This document shows positions 1-8,142 of a DNA stretch of 32,000 nt, one piece after another. The position numbers were made by a program, and so were the translations under genes. The stretch is from the NCBI GenBank assembly GCA_021787495.1, contig JAJYLX010000002.1:21455-53454 (forward strand), read 5' to 3'. Positions within the stretch are counted from its first letter, which is position 1; each line of letters begins with the position of its first letter. Source of the DNA: Candidatus Micrarchaeota archaeon. Its GTDB lineage: Archaea; Micrarchaeota; Micrarchaeia; Micrarchaeales; Micrarchaeaceae. Below the pieces are notes generated by a model. That model worked only from the letters and a program-made list of their open reading frames with translations. It did no database searches and was not told the DNA's origin.

Positions 1-1028
1 GCCGCTGCACGATGTGCAACATATGGCAGCTGAAGCCGAAGGGCGAGCTCACGATCGAAGAGATAAGGGAGTTCGCCTCCAAGAACAGATCCTTCAGATG
101 GCTTGCGATAACAGGGGGTGAGCCGTTCCTTAGGAGCGACATAGCTGAGATAGCGAGGGCGTTCAACGACAGCTCGAAAGGGCTCTACATGATAACCATA
201 GCCACGAACTCGCTCTGCAATCATGATGTGGTTGTCAAGAGAATGGGCGAGATACTGGCGTTGCGCGTGCCGAAGGTCGTCGTCACGCTCAGCCTCGACG
301 GTAACAGGGAGACGCACGATATGGTCCGCGGTGTGCCGGGCAACTACGACAGGGTCATCGCGCTGTACAGGGCTCTGAAGGAACTAAGCAAGACGTACAG
401 GAACCTCTCTGTCGTGCTCGGCTACACAATCAGTGCCGCGAACCAGGGCCACCTGCAGGAAACGTTCGAGTCGGTCAAGAAGGACCTGCCGGGGATAACC
501 TACAACGACTTCCATATAAACGTCGCGCAGCTCTCCAACAACTATTACCACAATGTGGGCGGCGGTGTAATCCCTGACGGCTCCGCCGTCTGCAAAGACC
601 TGGAGGCGGTGCAGGCCGGTAGAAGGCGCGGGTTCGGGCTCATGCAGATTACAGAAGGGAGGTTCCTGGACGGCCTTATGGCGTTCGTGAAGACGGGTCG
701 TCCGCCACTGAGGTGTAGGAGCCTTGACGCCTCGCTCTTCCTGGACAGCACCGGCAACATCTATCCATCAATAATGTGGGATGCGCCGGTGGTGAACATA
801 CGCGACATGGGCTACGACCTGACCAAGGTCTGGCGCGGCGAAAAGGCGGCCGGGATGAGGAGACTGATAAGGGAGGGGAGAGACCCAGTGCACTGGACCT
901 CCTGCGAGGCGTACCAGTCGATAATAGGGTCGATGCTCCATGCTCCGCGCCGCAATCCGCGCAGCGGCCCTGCGGTCAGCGCAGCCTACGGACAGCGGCC
1001 CTCTGAGGTTTCGGACCGCGGGAAGTAA
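1..1028 (+). CDS. Radical SAM domain protein, 5' end outside the window
   Basis: The frame is open from base 3 (R-C-T-M-C-N), so only the last two Cys of the CxxxCxxC motif are visible. The downstream ITGGEPFLRSD SAM-binding motif and VTLSLDGNRETHD are typical of radical SAM TIM barrels. Confidence 0.8.
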   Translation, partial: RCTMCNIWQLKPKGELTIEEIREFASKNRSFRWLAITGGEPFLRSDIAEIARAFNDSSKGLYMITIATNSLCNHDVVVKRMGEILALRVPKVVVTLSLDGNRETHDMVRGVPGNYDRVIALYRALKELSKTYRNLSVVLGYTISAANQGHLQETFESVKKDLPGITYNDFHINVAQLSNNYYHNVGGGVIPDGSAVCKDLEAVQAGRRRGFGLMQITEGRFLDGLMAFVKTGRPPLRCRSLDASLFLDSTGNIYPSIMWDAPVVNIRDMGYDLTKVWRGEKAAGMRRLIREGRDPVHWTSCEAYQSIIGSMLHAPRRNPRSGPAVSAAYGQRPSEVSDRGK

Positions 1029-1066
1029 GGTTTTAAGCATGCCTGGATATAATTCAATGTGACTCG

Positions 1067-1596
1067 ATGAAATGGATGCCGGCGCCAGGACTGGCGATTG
1101 CGATTGTAGCGTCAATAGCGGTTGCGGCCGTAGTGGTGTACCTGGTAGTGGCCAACCCTGGCGCGCAGACAGTAGCGGTCGGAGACACAGTGGAAGTGTA
1201 TTACACGGGCAGGTTCATGAACGGGACGGTATTCGATTCCAACGTCGGCAAGAGGACCTTGAACTTCACAGTAGGCTCCGGGCAGATGATAAGCGGGTTC
1301 GACAAGGCCGTGGTGGGCATGAAGGTCGGGGAGAACAAGACCGTCACGCTGCCGCCAAGCGAGGCCTATGGCAATACCAACCCCAATCTTATAATCACAG
1401 TGCCGCTCAGCCAGTTCAACAACCAGAGCGTAAAGGCCGGGATGGTAGTGACCGGCACGTCGCAGGCGGGCCAGCAGTCGCAGGGCGTCTGACCGCAGTG
1501 GGCTCCAACACCGTAACGGTGGACTTCAACTCCCCTATGGCTGGCAAGACGCTGGTGTTCACCATTGAGGTCGTCGGGGTGCAGAAGGCGAAGTGA
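1067..1596 (+). pseudogene. Membrane-anchored FKBP-type peptidyl-prolyl isomerase (SlyD-like, with IF insert), split by a 1-nt frameshift near 1487-1490
   Basis: The frame starting at 1067 has an N-terminal hydrophobic anchor and the FKBP core (GDTVEVYYTGRF..GTVFDSN..GSGQMISGFDKAVVGMKVGE..PPSEAYG), then stops at 1490-1492. The conserved C-terminus (TAVGSNTVTVDFNSPMAGKTLVFTIEVVGV) continues in the frame of ORF 1072..1596. Confidence 0.8.
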
Positions 1597-1672
1597 CAGG
1601 TCCGGACAGGCCAGGACATGAACGATGCCTCTTTAAGCTTTTGGGCAGAAATTCAACCAACTGCGTGATGGT

Positions 1673-2164
1673 ATGGACGGGAACGGCGGCACGGCGGCCG
1701 GGCAGCAAGCCGACGCATATCTCGGCGTGGCCATAGACACCGTGAAGGCCATCCTCGAGTCTCTGACGTCGTGCCAGAAGGATCTCATCGAGCTCTCGTT
1801 CGAGAAGGTCATAACCAGCGACACCCTGAAGGGCCACGTCAGGGAGGCCGTGCCGTACATGTACGCGGCCTCGGTGATCAGCCTTTCGGGAAGGGAGATA
1901 ACCGAGGAGAACGTGTCGAGGGTGCTCAGGGCGGCGGGAATAGAGCCGGACAGGAAGATAATCGACCAGCTCCTTGCCGTGGGGCTGCGCAACCACCTCC
2001 CATACGTCTACGCCTACTACCTGCTTCTCGCTCTCGGCAGGCACGGCTCCAATGATGAGGTCGCCAGGATAGTCCGGAGCCTCGGGATTGAGCCGGACGA
2101 ATCCAGAATCACGGAGGTCGTGAGCTTTATCTCAGCGCACGAGGACTTCGATGAGGAGCCCTGA
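1673..2164 (+). CDS. Protein with two tandem ribosomal stalk P1 (L12e) N-terminal-like domains and no canonical stalk tail
   Basis: Two consecutive segments (PYMYAASVISLSGREITEENVSRVLRAAGIEPD.. and PYVYAYYLLLALGRHGSNDEVARIVRSLGIEPD..) each match the archaeal P1 N-terminal pattern MEYVYAALLLHSxGKEIxEENLKAVLxAAGVEPxE. There is no Ala/Glu/Lys hinge and no GLxxLFG tail. Confidence 0.6.
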   Translation: MDGNGGTAAGQQADAYLGVAIDTVKAILESLTSCQKDLIELSFEKVITSDTLKGHVREAVPYMYAASVISLSGREITEENVSRVLRAAGIEPDRKIIDQLLAVGLRNHLPYVYAYYLLLALGRHGSNDEVARIVRSLGIEPDESRITEVVSFISAHEDFDEEP

Positions 2165-2229
2165 CCATGCGCCAGCATTTTAAGTCTTCCTTCGCAATAT
2201 CAGCGAGTCGAAAAGACGATGGTGAGAAC

Positions 2230-2571
2230 ATGAAGGAAGACATGAAGGGATTGCTGGACGAGTTCTACGATTCCATTGGGAAGTGGCAGAAGGACAGCTC
2301 GACGCAGATCGGCAAGTTCATGGAGATGCTTGAGGCGATAGAGAAGCCCGGCGCCATAGACCTGAAGACCAAGGAGCTGATAGCTGTCGGACTGTCGGTA
2401 TCGGGCCACTGCCAATGGTGCGTGGCATACCACGTGAAGGCCGCGTTTGACTCCGGCGCGAGCGAGCAGGAGATACGCGAGGCAGGATGGGTCGCCGTGC
2501 TGATGGGCGGAGGGCCGGCGCTCGCATACAACCAGCTCGTCGAGGACGCGATAGAGGACTTCAAAAAGTGA
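2230..2571 (+). CDS. Carboxymuconolactone decarboxylase / AhpD-like family protein
   Basis: The sequence KTKELIAVGLSVSGHCQWCVAYHVKAA carries the CxxC of the AhpD core. GGTGA lies 6 nt upstream of ATG 2230. The longer ORF from 2167 is possible but adds a non-conserved leader. Confidence 0.8.
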   Translation: MKEDMKGLLDEFYDSIGKWQKDSSTQIGKFMEMLEAIEKPGAIDLKTKELIAVGLSVSGHCQWCVAYHVKAAFDSGASEQEIREAGWVAVLMGGGPALAYNQLVEDAIEDFKK

Positions 2572-2588
2572 CAGGCAGGAGAAGAAAG

Positions 2589-2607
2589 GCCCAGGGATCC
2601 CCTGGGC
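2589..2607. terminator. GC-rich inverted repeat between convergent genes
   Basis: GCCCAGG(G)..(C)CCTGGGC forms a 7-8 bp stem centred on a GATC core. It sits between the 3' ends of the AhpD-like (+) and DUF5679 (-) genes. Confidence 0.35.
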
Positions 2608-2622
2608 AAACCTTTCTGGCGG

Positions 2623-2766
2623 TCAGCCGCCTATCTTGAACATCTTCGTGCCGCACGCGGGGCAGACGCCAGTCTTGGCTCTCTTCCCGTTCTTCATCGT
2701 CACTTCCTTCGCGTCCTTCATCTCCCTCTTCTGCTTGCACTTCACGCAATACGCTTCCGTTGCCAT
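2623..2766 (-). CDS. Small zinc-ribbon protein, DUF5679-like (47 aa)
   Basis: Manual translation gives MATEAYCVKCKQKREMKDAKEVTMKNGKRAKTGVCPACGTKMFKIGG, with CxxC..CxxC. It falls below the ORF-track length cut-off. It explains this region better than the overlapping 60-62 aa track ORFs. Confidence 0.7.
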   Translation of the reverse strand: MATEAYCVKCKQKREMKDAKEVTMKNGKRAKTGVCPACGTKMFKIGG

Positions 2767-2903
2767 TCGATCACCAATACAGTGTATCTCTGCGGGTACT
2801 GGCTATAAAAAGCCATAGCATCTGCGCACGCCGATTCTTCCGCTATTTGCCGCGCCGCATGTCTTTAAATACCCGAAGCGGCGCGTAGGTTGGCAGTGAG
2901 AAT

Positions 2904-3083
2904 ATGGCAAAGAGCTTCGCATGCAGGGACATAGGGATGTCCTGCGGATTCAGCACAAGCGCGGGCACGGAGAAAGAGCTGATGGAGCGGATAGCGCGGC
3001 ACGCCAAGGAGGCACACGGTATGGCAAAGATTGACAGGAAGACGATGTCTGCAGTCAAGTCCGCCATAAGGGACGAGGAGTGA
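2904..3083 (+). CDS. DUF1059 family small protein (59 aa)
   Basis: Manual translation gives MAKSFACRDIGMSCGFSTSAGTEKELMERIARHAKEAHGMAKIDRKTMSAVKSAIRDEE, which matches the DUF1059 pattern (FxCxD.g..C.f....te.E....v..H....Hg). Confidence 0.7.
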   Translation: MAKSFACRDIGMSCGFSTSAGTEKELMERIARHAKEAHGMAKIDRKTMSAVKSAIRDEE

Positions 3084-3108
3084 TGGGCGAGCGGCCCTCA
3101 GGCCGCCG

Positions 3109-3282
3109 TCACAGCACCTTGACCTCCTTTTCTTCGGCCCGGAAGCCCACCTTCGCGTGCGTGCCGTCGCAGAACGGCTTGCTGCCCGACTGGCCGCACC
3201 TGCAGAGGGCGAACTTCGTCGCCCCGTCCACCACGACAAGGTTCGGACCGTTCCTCATCGACTTTATTACAATCTCGGTCAT
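3109..3282 (-). CDS. CDGSH-type iron-sulfur domain protein
   Basis: The CDGSH signature is present ([16 protein letters not shown]). The start is probably the MTEIVIK Met at 3282, although the track ORF begins at 3294. Confidence 0.8.
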   Translation of the reverse strand: MTEIVIKSMRNGPNLVVVDGATKFALCRCGQSGSKPFCDGTHAKVGFRAEEKEVKVL

Positions 3283-3344
3283 GCAATCGCACATGCATCG
3301 CAGCGCACGAATTTAAAGCCACGCTGCAATAAAAGTACGGTTGC

Positions 3345-4661
3345 ATGGCCCTCAAGAGGACGCTCGGATTCAAGGAGACGCTCGCGATAGACATCGGGGC
3401 CATAATAGGCGCCGGGATATTCGTCATAAGCGGCCTCGCCGCGGGCATAGCCGGCCCCGCAGTCATAATAGCGCTCGTCATAGGCGCCATCGTCTCGATC
3501 CTGACCGGGCTGAGCTTCGCGCAGCTGGCGCACTCATATGCCAAGGAGGGCGGCAACTACGAGTACGCGAGGCGCGAGCTTGGCAGGTATCCCGGCTTCA
3601 TAGTCGGGCTGACGTTCGTCGTGTCGGGCATAGTGGGAGGGGCGGTCATGGCGCTCAGCTTCGGCAGCTACTTCGCGAGCCTGTTCGGCGCCGCGCTGAG
3701 CGTTCCCGTGGTTGCGGCGCTGCTGGTCGCGATTCTTGGGACCATAAACTACGTGGGGGTGAAGCTGACCGCCGAGGCCTCGCTCGTGCTGACCGTGATA
3801 AAGATAACAGTCCTCGTGGTATTCATAGCGGTCGGGGCCTTCTTCATAAGGCCAGGAAACTACGTACCCTTCGCACCCGAGGGCTCCAGCAGCATCTTCG
3901 TCGCGGCCGCCCTCGTGTTCTTCGCCTACACGGGCTTCGCCAGGTCGACCGCGCTCGGCGACGAGGTCAAGGACCCGAAGCATACGATACCCAAGGCGAC
4001 GGTCTACTCCATCCTGATATCGGCCGTGCTGTACGTCGCGGTGGTGACCGTGATGGTCGGTATCATCCCGTACGGCTCGCTTGCCGCCTCCCAATCCCCG
4101 CTCGAGACTGCGATACGCTATGCGACAGGAGACCCAATCCTGGGCTACATAATAGCCATAGGGGCCCTCTTCGCGACGATAAACGTCACGCTCTCGATGA
4201 TACTCGGCGTGTCGAGGGTCACGTTCGCCATGTCAAGGGACGATAACCTGCCCAAGGCGGCAAGGAGGACCAACAGGTTCGGCACCCCTGGCATAGCGGT
4301 GATCGTGATAACGGCCGCAATGGCGCTGTCAGCGCTTGCCATAAACTTCACAGAGATCGCCTCTTTGAGCAATGCCGCGGCGCTGCTGAGCTATGCACTC
4401 GCGAACGTCGCCGCAATCAGGCTGACCCTCCGCAGCCGCAGCACCCTGTTCAAGTCGAAGTACTTCGCTGCCGTGCCTATCATGGGCGTCATATCGGCAG
4501 TATCCCTCATCTTCTTCCTTACCACGGACATACTCTACTTCATGGCGGCCATGCTCATCATCGTGACCATTTACTATGCGCTGCTACGCAGGAAGGGATC
4601 GCCCAAGAAGCGCCCCAATGGCTCAGCCTCAGGCCGTCGCGCGGCGCTTTCCGCCACCTGA
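3345..4661 (+). CDS. Amino acid permease (APC superfamily)
   Basis: 438 aa and polytopic, with GAGIFVISG..AGPAVIIALVIGA..FAQLA typical of the first APC transmembrane helices. Confidence 0.85.
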   Translation: MALKRTLGFKETLAIDIGAIIGAGIFVISGLAAGIAGPAVIIALVIGAIVSILTGLSFAQLAHSYAKEGGNYEYARRELGRYPGFIVGLTFVVSGIVGGAVMALSFGSYFASLFGAALSVPVVAALLVAILGTINYVGVKLTAEASLVLTVIKITVLVVFIAVGAFFIRPGNYVPFAPEGSSSIFVAAALVFFAYTGFARSTALGDEVKDPKHTIPKATVYSILISAVLYVAVVTVMVGIIPYGSLAASQSPLETAIRYATGDPILGYIIAIGALFATINVTLSMILGVSRVTFAMSRDDNLPKAARRTNRFGTPGIAVIVITAAMALSALAINFTEIASLSNAAALLSYALANVAAIRLTLRSRSTLFKSKYFAAVPIMGVISAVSLIFFLTTDILYFMAAMLIIVTIYYALLRRKGSPKKRPNGSASGRRAALSAT

Positions 4662-5810
4662 CTGCACACCCTTCAGCAACTTCGGGTAGAGCGCGCCGCT
4701 CACAATCTGCAGCGCGCCCCCTATAAGGATCGGGGCAGGCAGCATTGCGTCGGCGAGGTATCCAGACAGCCCGCTGCTTCCGGTCGCCAGGCTCTGCGCC
4801 AGCGACTGCACGCTCGATGCCGTACCATAATCCTGACTGTGTATGCCTCTGACATTCAATGCACTGATTGATGGTCCTCCAAACCCGGCGACCAGCGACC
4901 TCAAGGCATAGACGGCCATCGCCATCGCCAGCAGCGGAAGGAAGGTCAGCACGCCGTAGTACTGCAGTGCGAATATCGCGCCGAGCGCGATGCCGAGCAG
5001 GCCCGCGCCCACCCTGCCGAACGACGCCACGCTGAGGACATCGAACCTTCCGGACAGCCTGCCCGAGAGCCATGACCCAAGCATCGTTGCGGCGTAGGAA
5101 GGCACGTAGATTATTCCAACGTACAGCGCGGCATCATTGACGGGGAACCTGAAAGCTATTGCAAGTATGAGCGGCAACAGAGGCACCGCCATGCCGATGC
5201 CCGCGCCGTTGAATGCGTTTATCACCATGACGTTGAGCGTGTACCTCAGGCTGCTGCGCTGCATGACCCTGCTGGTCTTGCGAGGCCTCTCTGTCTCGCG
5301 CAGGAAAAGCAGGCTGGCGAGCGAAGCGGCCAGCAGCGCCGCCGCCGCTAGGAAGAGCAGCCTGTAAGCTCCCTCGCCGCCGAACTGTCCGCCGAGCAGC
5401 GACTGGCTTATCAGCATGCCCGCTCCCACGATGCTGAAGAGCGACGAGACGAGCGTCAACTGGCTCAGTCTGCCCACCCTGGATTTGTCATCCCTGTTCT
5501 CCGAGGCTATGAATGCCGTCATGCCGGGCGAGAAGGCGCCGCGCATGCCTCCGGACAGGCCCGTCACCCCCGCAACTACAATCGACAGGATTATAACTGG
5601 GGGCGAGGTGGACAGCGCAAGCCCGAGCGCCCCGACGACAGGGAATACCTCGCTGATTATGAGCGCCTTCTTGTATCCGCGCCTGTCCCCCAGCGCCCCG
5701 AGCAGCAGCGACAGCGTGACCGCGAACGCCATGACCGCGACGTACACGAGGCCTATCTGGATTATGTTGAAATTGATCAGGCTGAGGTACAGTGGCGCGG
5801 CGAGCGTCAT
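4629..5810 (-). CDS. MFS transporter (N-terminus ambiguous)
   Basis: Polytopic protein with MFS motif A (GALGDRRGYKKAL). The frame stays open for 32 further codons upstream (to 5906). These encode what looks like the first half of TM1, but they contain no ATG, GTG or TTG. Confidence 0.75.
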   Translation of the reverse strand: MTLAAPLYLSLINFNIIQIGLVYVAVMAFAVTLSLLLGALGDRRGYKKALIISEVFPVVGALGLALSTSPPVIILSIVVAGVTGLSGGMRGAFSPGMTAFIASENRDDKSRVGRLSQLTLVSSLFSIVGAGMLISQSLLGGQFGGEGAYRLLFLAAAALLAASLASLLFLRETERPRKTSRVMQRSSLRYTLNVMVINAFNGAGIGMAVPLLPLILAIAFRFPVNDAALYVGIIYVPSYAATMLGSWLSGRLSGRFDVLSVASFGRVGAGLLGIALGAIFALQYYGVLTFLPLLAMAMAVYALRSLVAGFGGPSISALNVRGIHSQDYGTASSVQSLAQSLATGSSGLSGYLADAMLPAPILIGGALQIVSGALYPKLLKGVQSGGGKRRATA

Positions 5811-5945
5811 ATATATGAGCCCCGTGCTCCTGAAGGCCCTCGACGCTATGAGGAACTTGAATGTGCTTCTTCCGTGCAGATTATCAACTCGATACCAGGT
5901 TTTTCGCTATACCATATTTGGTGCGCAGCTATCTATCAATGCCGC

Positions 5946-7316
5946 TCAAGAGGATACTTCCTCGAGCGGCCTCCTTGAGGCCACCGGGCCTGCAATTGCG
6001 ATGAACCCCGCGGCGAGCCCGGTCACGCCTATGGCCGCGAACCCCGGCCCGAACCCGATGCCGGATACCATAATCGGGAGCGCCAGTGCGCCGATAGCAC
6101 CGCCCACGTGCCCGATGCCGTCGCTGAGGGCGAAGCCGGACGCCCGCGCGCGTGTCGGATAGCTCTCAGCGGTGTAGGTATAGGCTATCTGGAGGTAGAG
6201 TCCGAGCGCCAGCGCAGCAAGGAACGAGCCTAGCATTATGCCATAATCCGAGAGCGTGCCTATGAGCAGCATGCCGATCAGCCATATGGCGGCAGCGCAG
6301 AGTATGAGCCACTTCCTCTCAGATCTGTCAGCGACCTTCGCCATGACCAGCGCGCCGACCGGGTAGCCCACGGCCCCGACCGCTATGAACAGTATCGAGT
6401 TCCCTATCGTAAGCCCCTGGGCCGCGAGCAGGGTCGCCGCGTCCCCTAGGAAGCCGTAGTTGCCTATGTACCAGAAGAACCACATCGATGCGAACACGAG
6501 CAGCCTCTTCGCGTATTGCCTCTTGAAGAGATACGCTGTCGGGAACCTCCCCTTGGAAAGATCGACCTCTCCCGGCTTGGGTTCCGGCAGCCTCACCTTC
6601 TTCTTCGCGAACTCCTCCATCCTCGACACGACGGCATTCGCCTCCTCTATCCTGCCGTGCATCGCGAGCCACCTCGGCGACTCGGCAAGCTTGAACCTCA
6701 TCGCGATGGCTATTATGGCGATAACGCCGCCTATCATGAAGAGCAGCCTCCACCCTATGACCATGTTCGGCACGAGCGCCAGGGCGACGAACGGCGTTAT
6801 CGACTGTCCGACTATGCCTATCAGGAAGGTCAGCATCGATATCCTTCCGCGCTTGCCCGAAGGCGCCAGCTCCCCTATGTACGTCGAGACTAGGTTCAGG
6901 TCGGCCCCCACCCCCATGCCCGTTATGAACCTCCACAGCGAGAGCGTTATTATGCCCGTCGCGGCCGCGTCGCCGAACGACCCTACGGCTATGAGCACCA
7001 TCGTGACGAGCATCATGTTGAACCTTCCGTACCGGTCGGAGAGCGTGCCTATTATGTACGACCCGAATATGTAGCCTATAAGTCCGATTGCGAGCGCCAC
7101 GAAGAGGCTCTCCGATCCCGTAAGGCCGAACTGCACCGCTATCGCGGGCATCGCGAAGCCTATGTTGGTTATGTCGAAGAAGGTGAAGAAATAGCCCATG
7201 CCTATGATTGCGAGGAAGGATGGAGGGAATGCCCACACCTGTATCCTATTCAGCCTGGCAATGACGTCCCGTGCGGTCATGCCCTTGCCGCGCGACCCTT
7301 TGGTCGTTGGAGCCAT
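5946..7316 (-). CDS. MFS transporter (metabolite/sugar:H+ symporter-like)
   Basis: 456 aa with about 12 hydrophobic segments. It carries GTLSDRYGR (motif A) and the PESPRWL sugar-porter-like motif. Confidence 0.85.
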   Translation of the reverse strand: MAPTTKGSRGKGMTARDVIARLNRIQVWAFPPSFLAIIGMGYFFTFFDITNIGFAMPAIAVQFGLTGSESLFVALAIGLIGYIFGSYIIGTLSDRYGRFNMMLVTMVLIAVGSFGDAAATGIITLSLWRFITGMGVGADLNLVSTYIGELAPSGKRGRISMLTFLIGIVGQSITPFVALALVPNMVIGWRLLFMIGGVIAIIAIAMRFKLAESPRWLAMHGRIEEANAVVSRMEEFAKKKVRLPEPKPGEVDLSKGRFPTAYLFKRQYAKRLLVFASMWFFWYIGNYGFLGDAATLLAAQGLTIGNSILFIAVGAVGYPVGALVMAKVADRSERKWLILCAAAIWLIGMLLIGTLSDYGIMLGSFLAALALGLYLQIAYTYTAESYPTRARASGFALSDGIGHVGGAIGALALPIMVSGIGFGPGFAAIGVTGLAAGFIAIAGPVASRRPLEEVSS

Positions 7317-7426
7317 AGCTGCCTATTTGCACCTAACGCTTAAAAAGGCACGGGAGTGAACCGCGGCCGCGGCAATGCTTATAAAGCGGCGATGCCTAAT
7401 CTATCCTGTCCATTGTGGTGGTCGCA

Positions 7427-7624
7427 GTGTGCCAGATACCGATAGGGAAGGTGGTCAGCGTGGGCAACGGGAAGATAACAGTGTCATGCAACGGCAAGAC
7501 AAAGGTCTTGGACTCCAAGCTCGTCGACGTCAAGATAGGGGACTACGTCGAGTTCGCCGGCCCGATCGCCATCGGCAAGGCGGACGACGAGGAGGCGAAG
7601 TTCGCGCTGGGCCTGGTTAAGTGA
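7427..7624 (+). CDS. hypC: Hydrogenase assembly chaperone HypC/HupF family
   Basis: A GTG at 7427 places the essential Cys at position 2 (M-CQIPIGKVVSV...GDYVEFAGPIAIGK), matching the HypC pattern MC(L/I)xIPGKV...GDYVLVHAGFAI. Confidence 0.8.
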   Translation: MCQIPIGKVVSVGNGKITVSCNGKTKVLDSKLVDVKIGDYVEFAGPIAIGKADDEEAKFALGLVK

Positions 7625-8142
7625 GGATAAGCGACAGGCTTTTGTTCTTCAGGTACGCCCTGCCGTGCGCGGGCACCCTTGTGAAGAGGGGCACGATATC
7701 GCAGCGGCAGCTGGACGAAATGATCACGCAGGTGGCCTCGGGAAGCGAGCCGGAGCCGGGCGCAGAGACAGTTTTCAAGGTGGCGATTGCGATGCTCGAC
7801 CACTATGCCGGGGCGATGGGCAAGGAAGCGGTGGACGCAGAGGTCATCAGGAGATACTTCCTTCTCGAGCACAGCGAGGTCGTGGACGAGCGTGCCAGGC
7901 TGATGGGAGACTTCAGCCCGGCATCGTGCAAGACGTACCCCGGTAGGGTGGTCTCTACCGATGGCGATCGCGCCATTGTGGAGACCAGGCTTGGCAGGCA
8001 CGAGTACAGGACGGACTTCGCGAATGGCGTGGAGAAAGGCGATACCGTCGTGGTGCACTGGGACTTCGTGGTGGAGCGCATACCGCAATCCACCGCGAAT
8101 GACATGGAATCTGCGAGGAGGAGGCATGAAAAGGGAGACTAA
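7621..8142 (+). CDS. HypC-like OB-fold domain protein with an unknown N-terminal extension of about 100 aa
   Basis: The C-terminal 70 aa (SCKTYPGRVVSTDGDRAIVETRLGRHEYRTDFANGVEKGDTVVVHWDFVVERI) align with the full HypC pattern, including the Cys and GDxVxVH. It overlaps hypC by 4 nt (GTGA). Confidence 0.55.
   Translation: MRISDRLLFFRYALPCAGTLVKRGTISQRQLDEMITQVASGSEPEPGAETVFKVAIAMLDHYAGAMGKEAVDAEVIRRYFLLEHSEVVDERARLMGDFSPASCKTYPGRVVSTDGDRAIVETRLGRHEYRTDFANGVEKGDTVVVHWDFVVERIPQSTANDMESARRRHEKGD

Noticed and set aside
1480-1495. Programmed -1 ribosomal frameshift in the FKBP gene.
   Set aside because: There is no slippery X-XXY-YYZ heptamer or obvious downstream pseudoknot at the shift site (..CAG GGC GTC TGA CC..). 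An indel, either real or from assembly, is the simpler explanation.
2561-3239. Track ORFs 2561..2749 (-), 2636..2818 (+), 2843..3067 (-) and 2865..3239 (-), considered as candidate genes.
   Set aside because: The same DNA is better explained by two shorter ORFs with recognisable family patterns (DUF5679 at 2623..2766 minus, DUF1059 at 2904..3083 plus). The track ORFs have no motifs and atypical composition.
3341-4246. Long alternate- or opposite-frame ORFs overlapping well-supported genes. Examples: 3341..4246 (+), 3534..4094 (-), 6328..7236 (-), 10108..10791 (+), 20949..21560 (+), 22406..23185 (+), 24394..25260 (-), 25744..26538 (-).
   Set aside because: Their translations are Arg/Gly/Pro/His-rich low-complexity sequence, typical of shadow frames in GC-rich DNA. 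Each overlaps a gene with clear family motifs and proper third-position bias.
7961-8125. N-terminal 55 codons of track ORF 7961..9037 as part of the EamA transporter.
   Set aside because: This part overlaps the HypC-like gene in another frame and is Trp/Arg/Gly-rich. The transporter's first hydrophobic helix begins right after ATG 8126, which has a strong GGAGG-type motif upstream.
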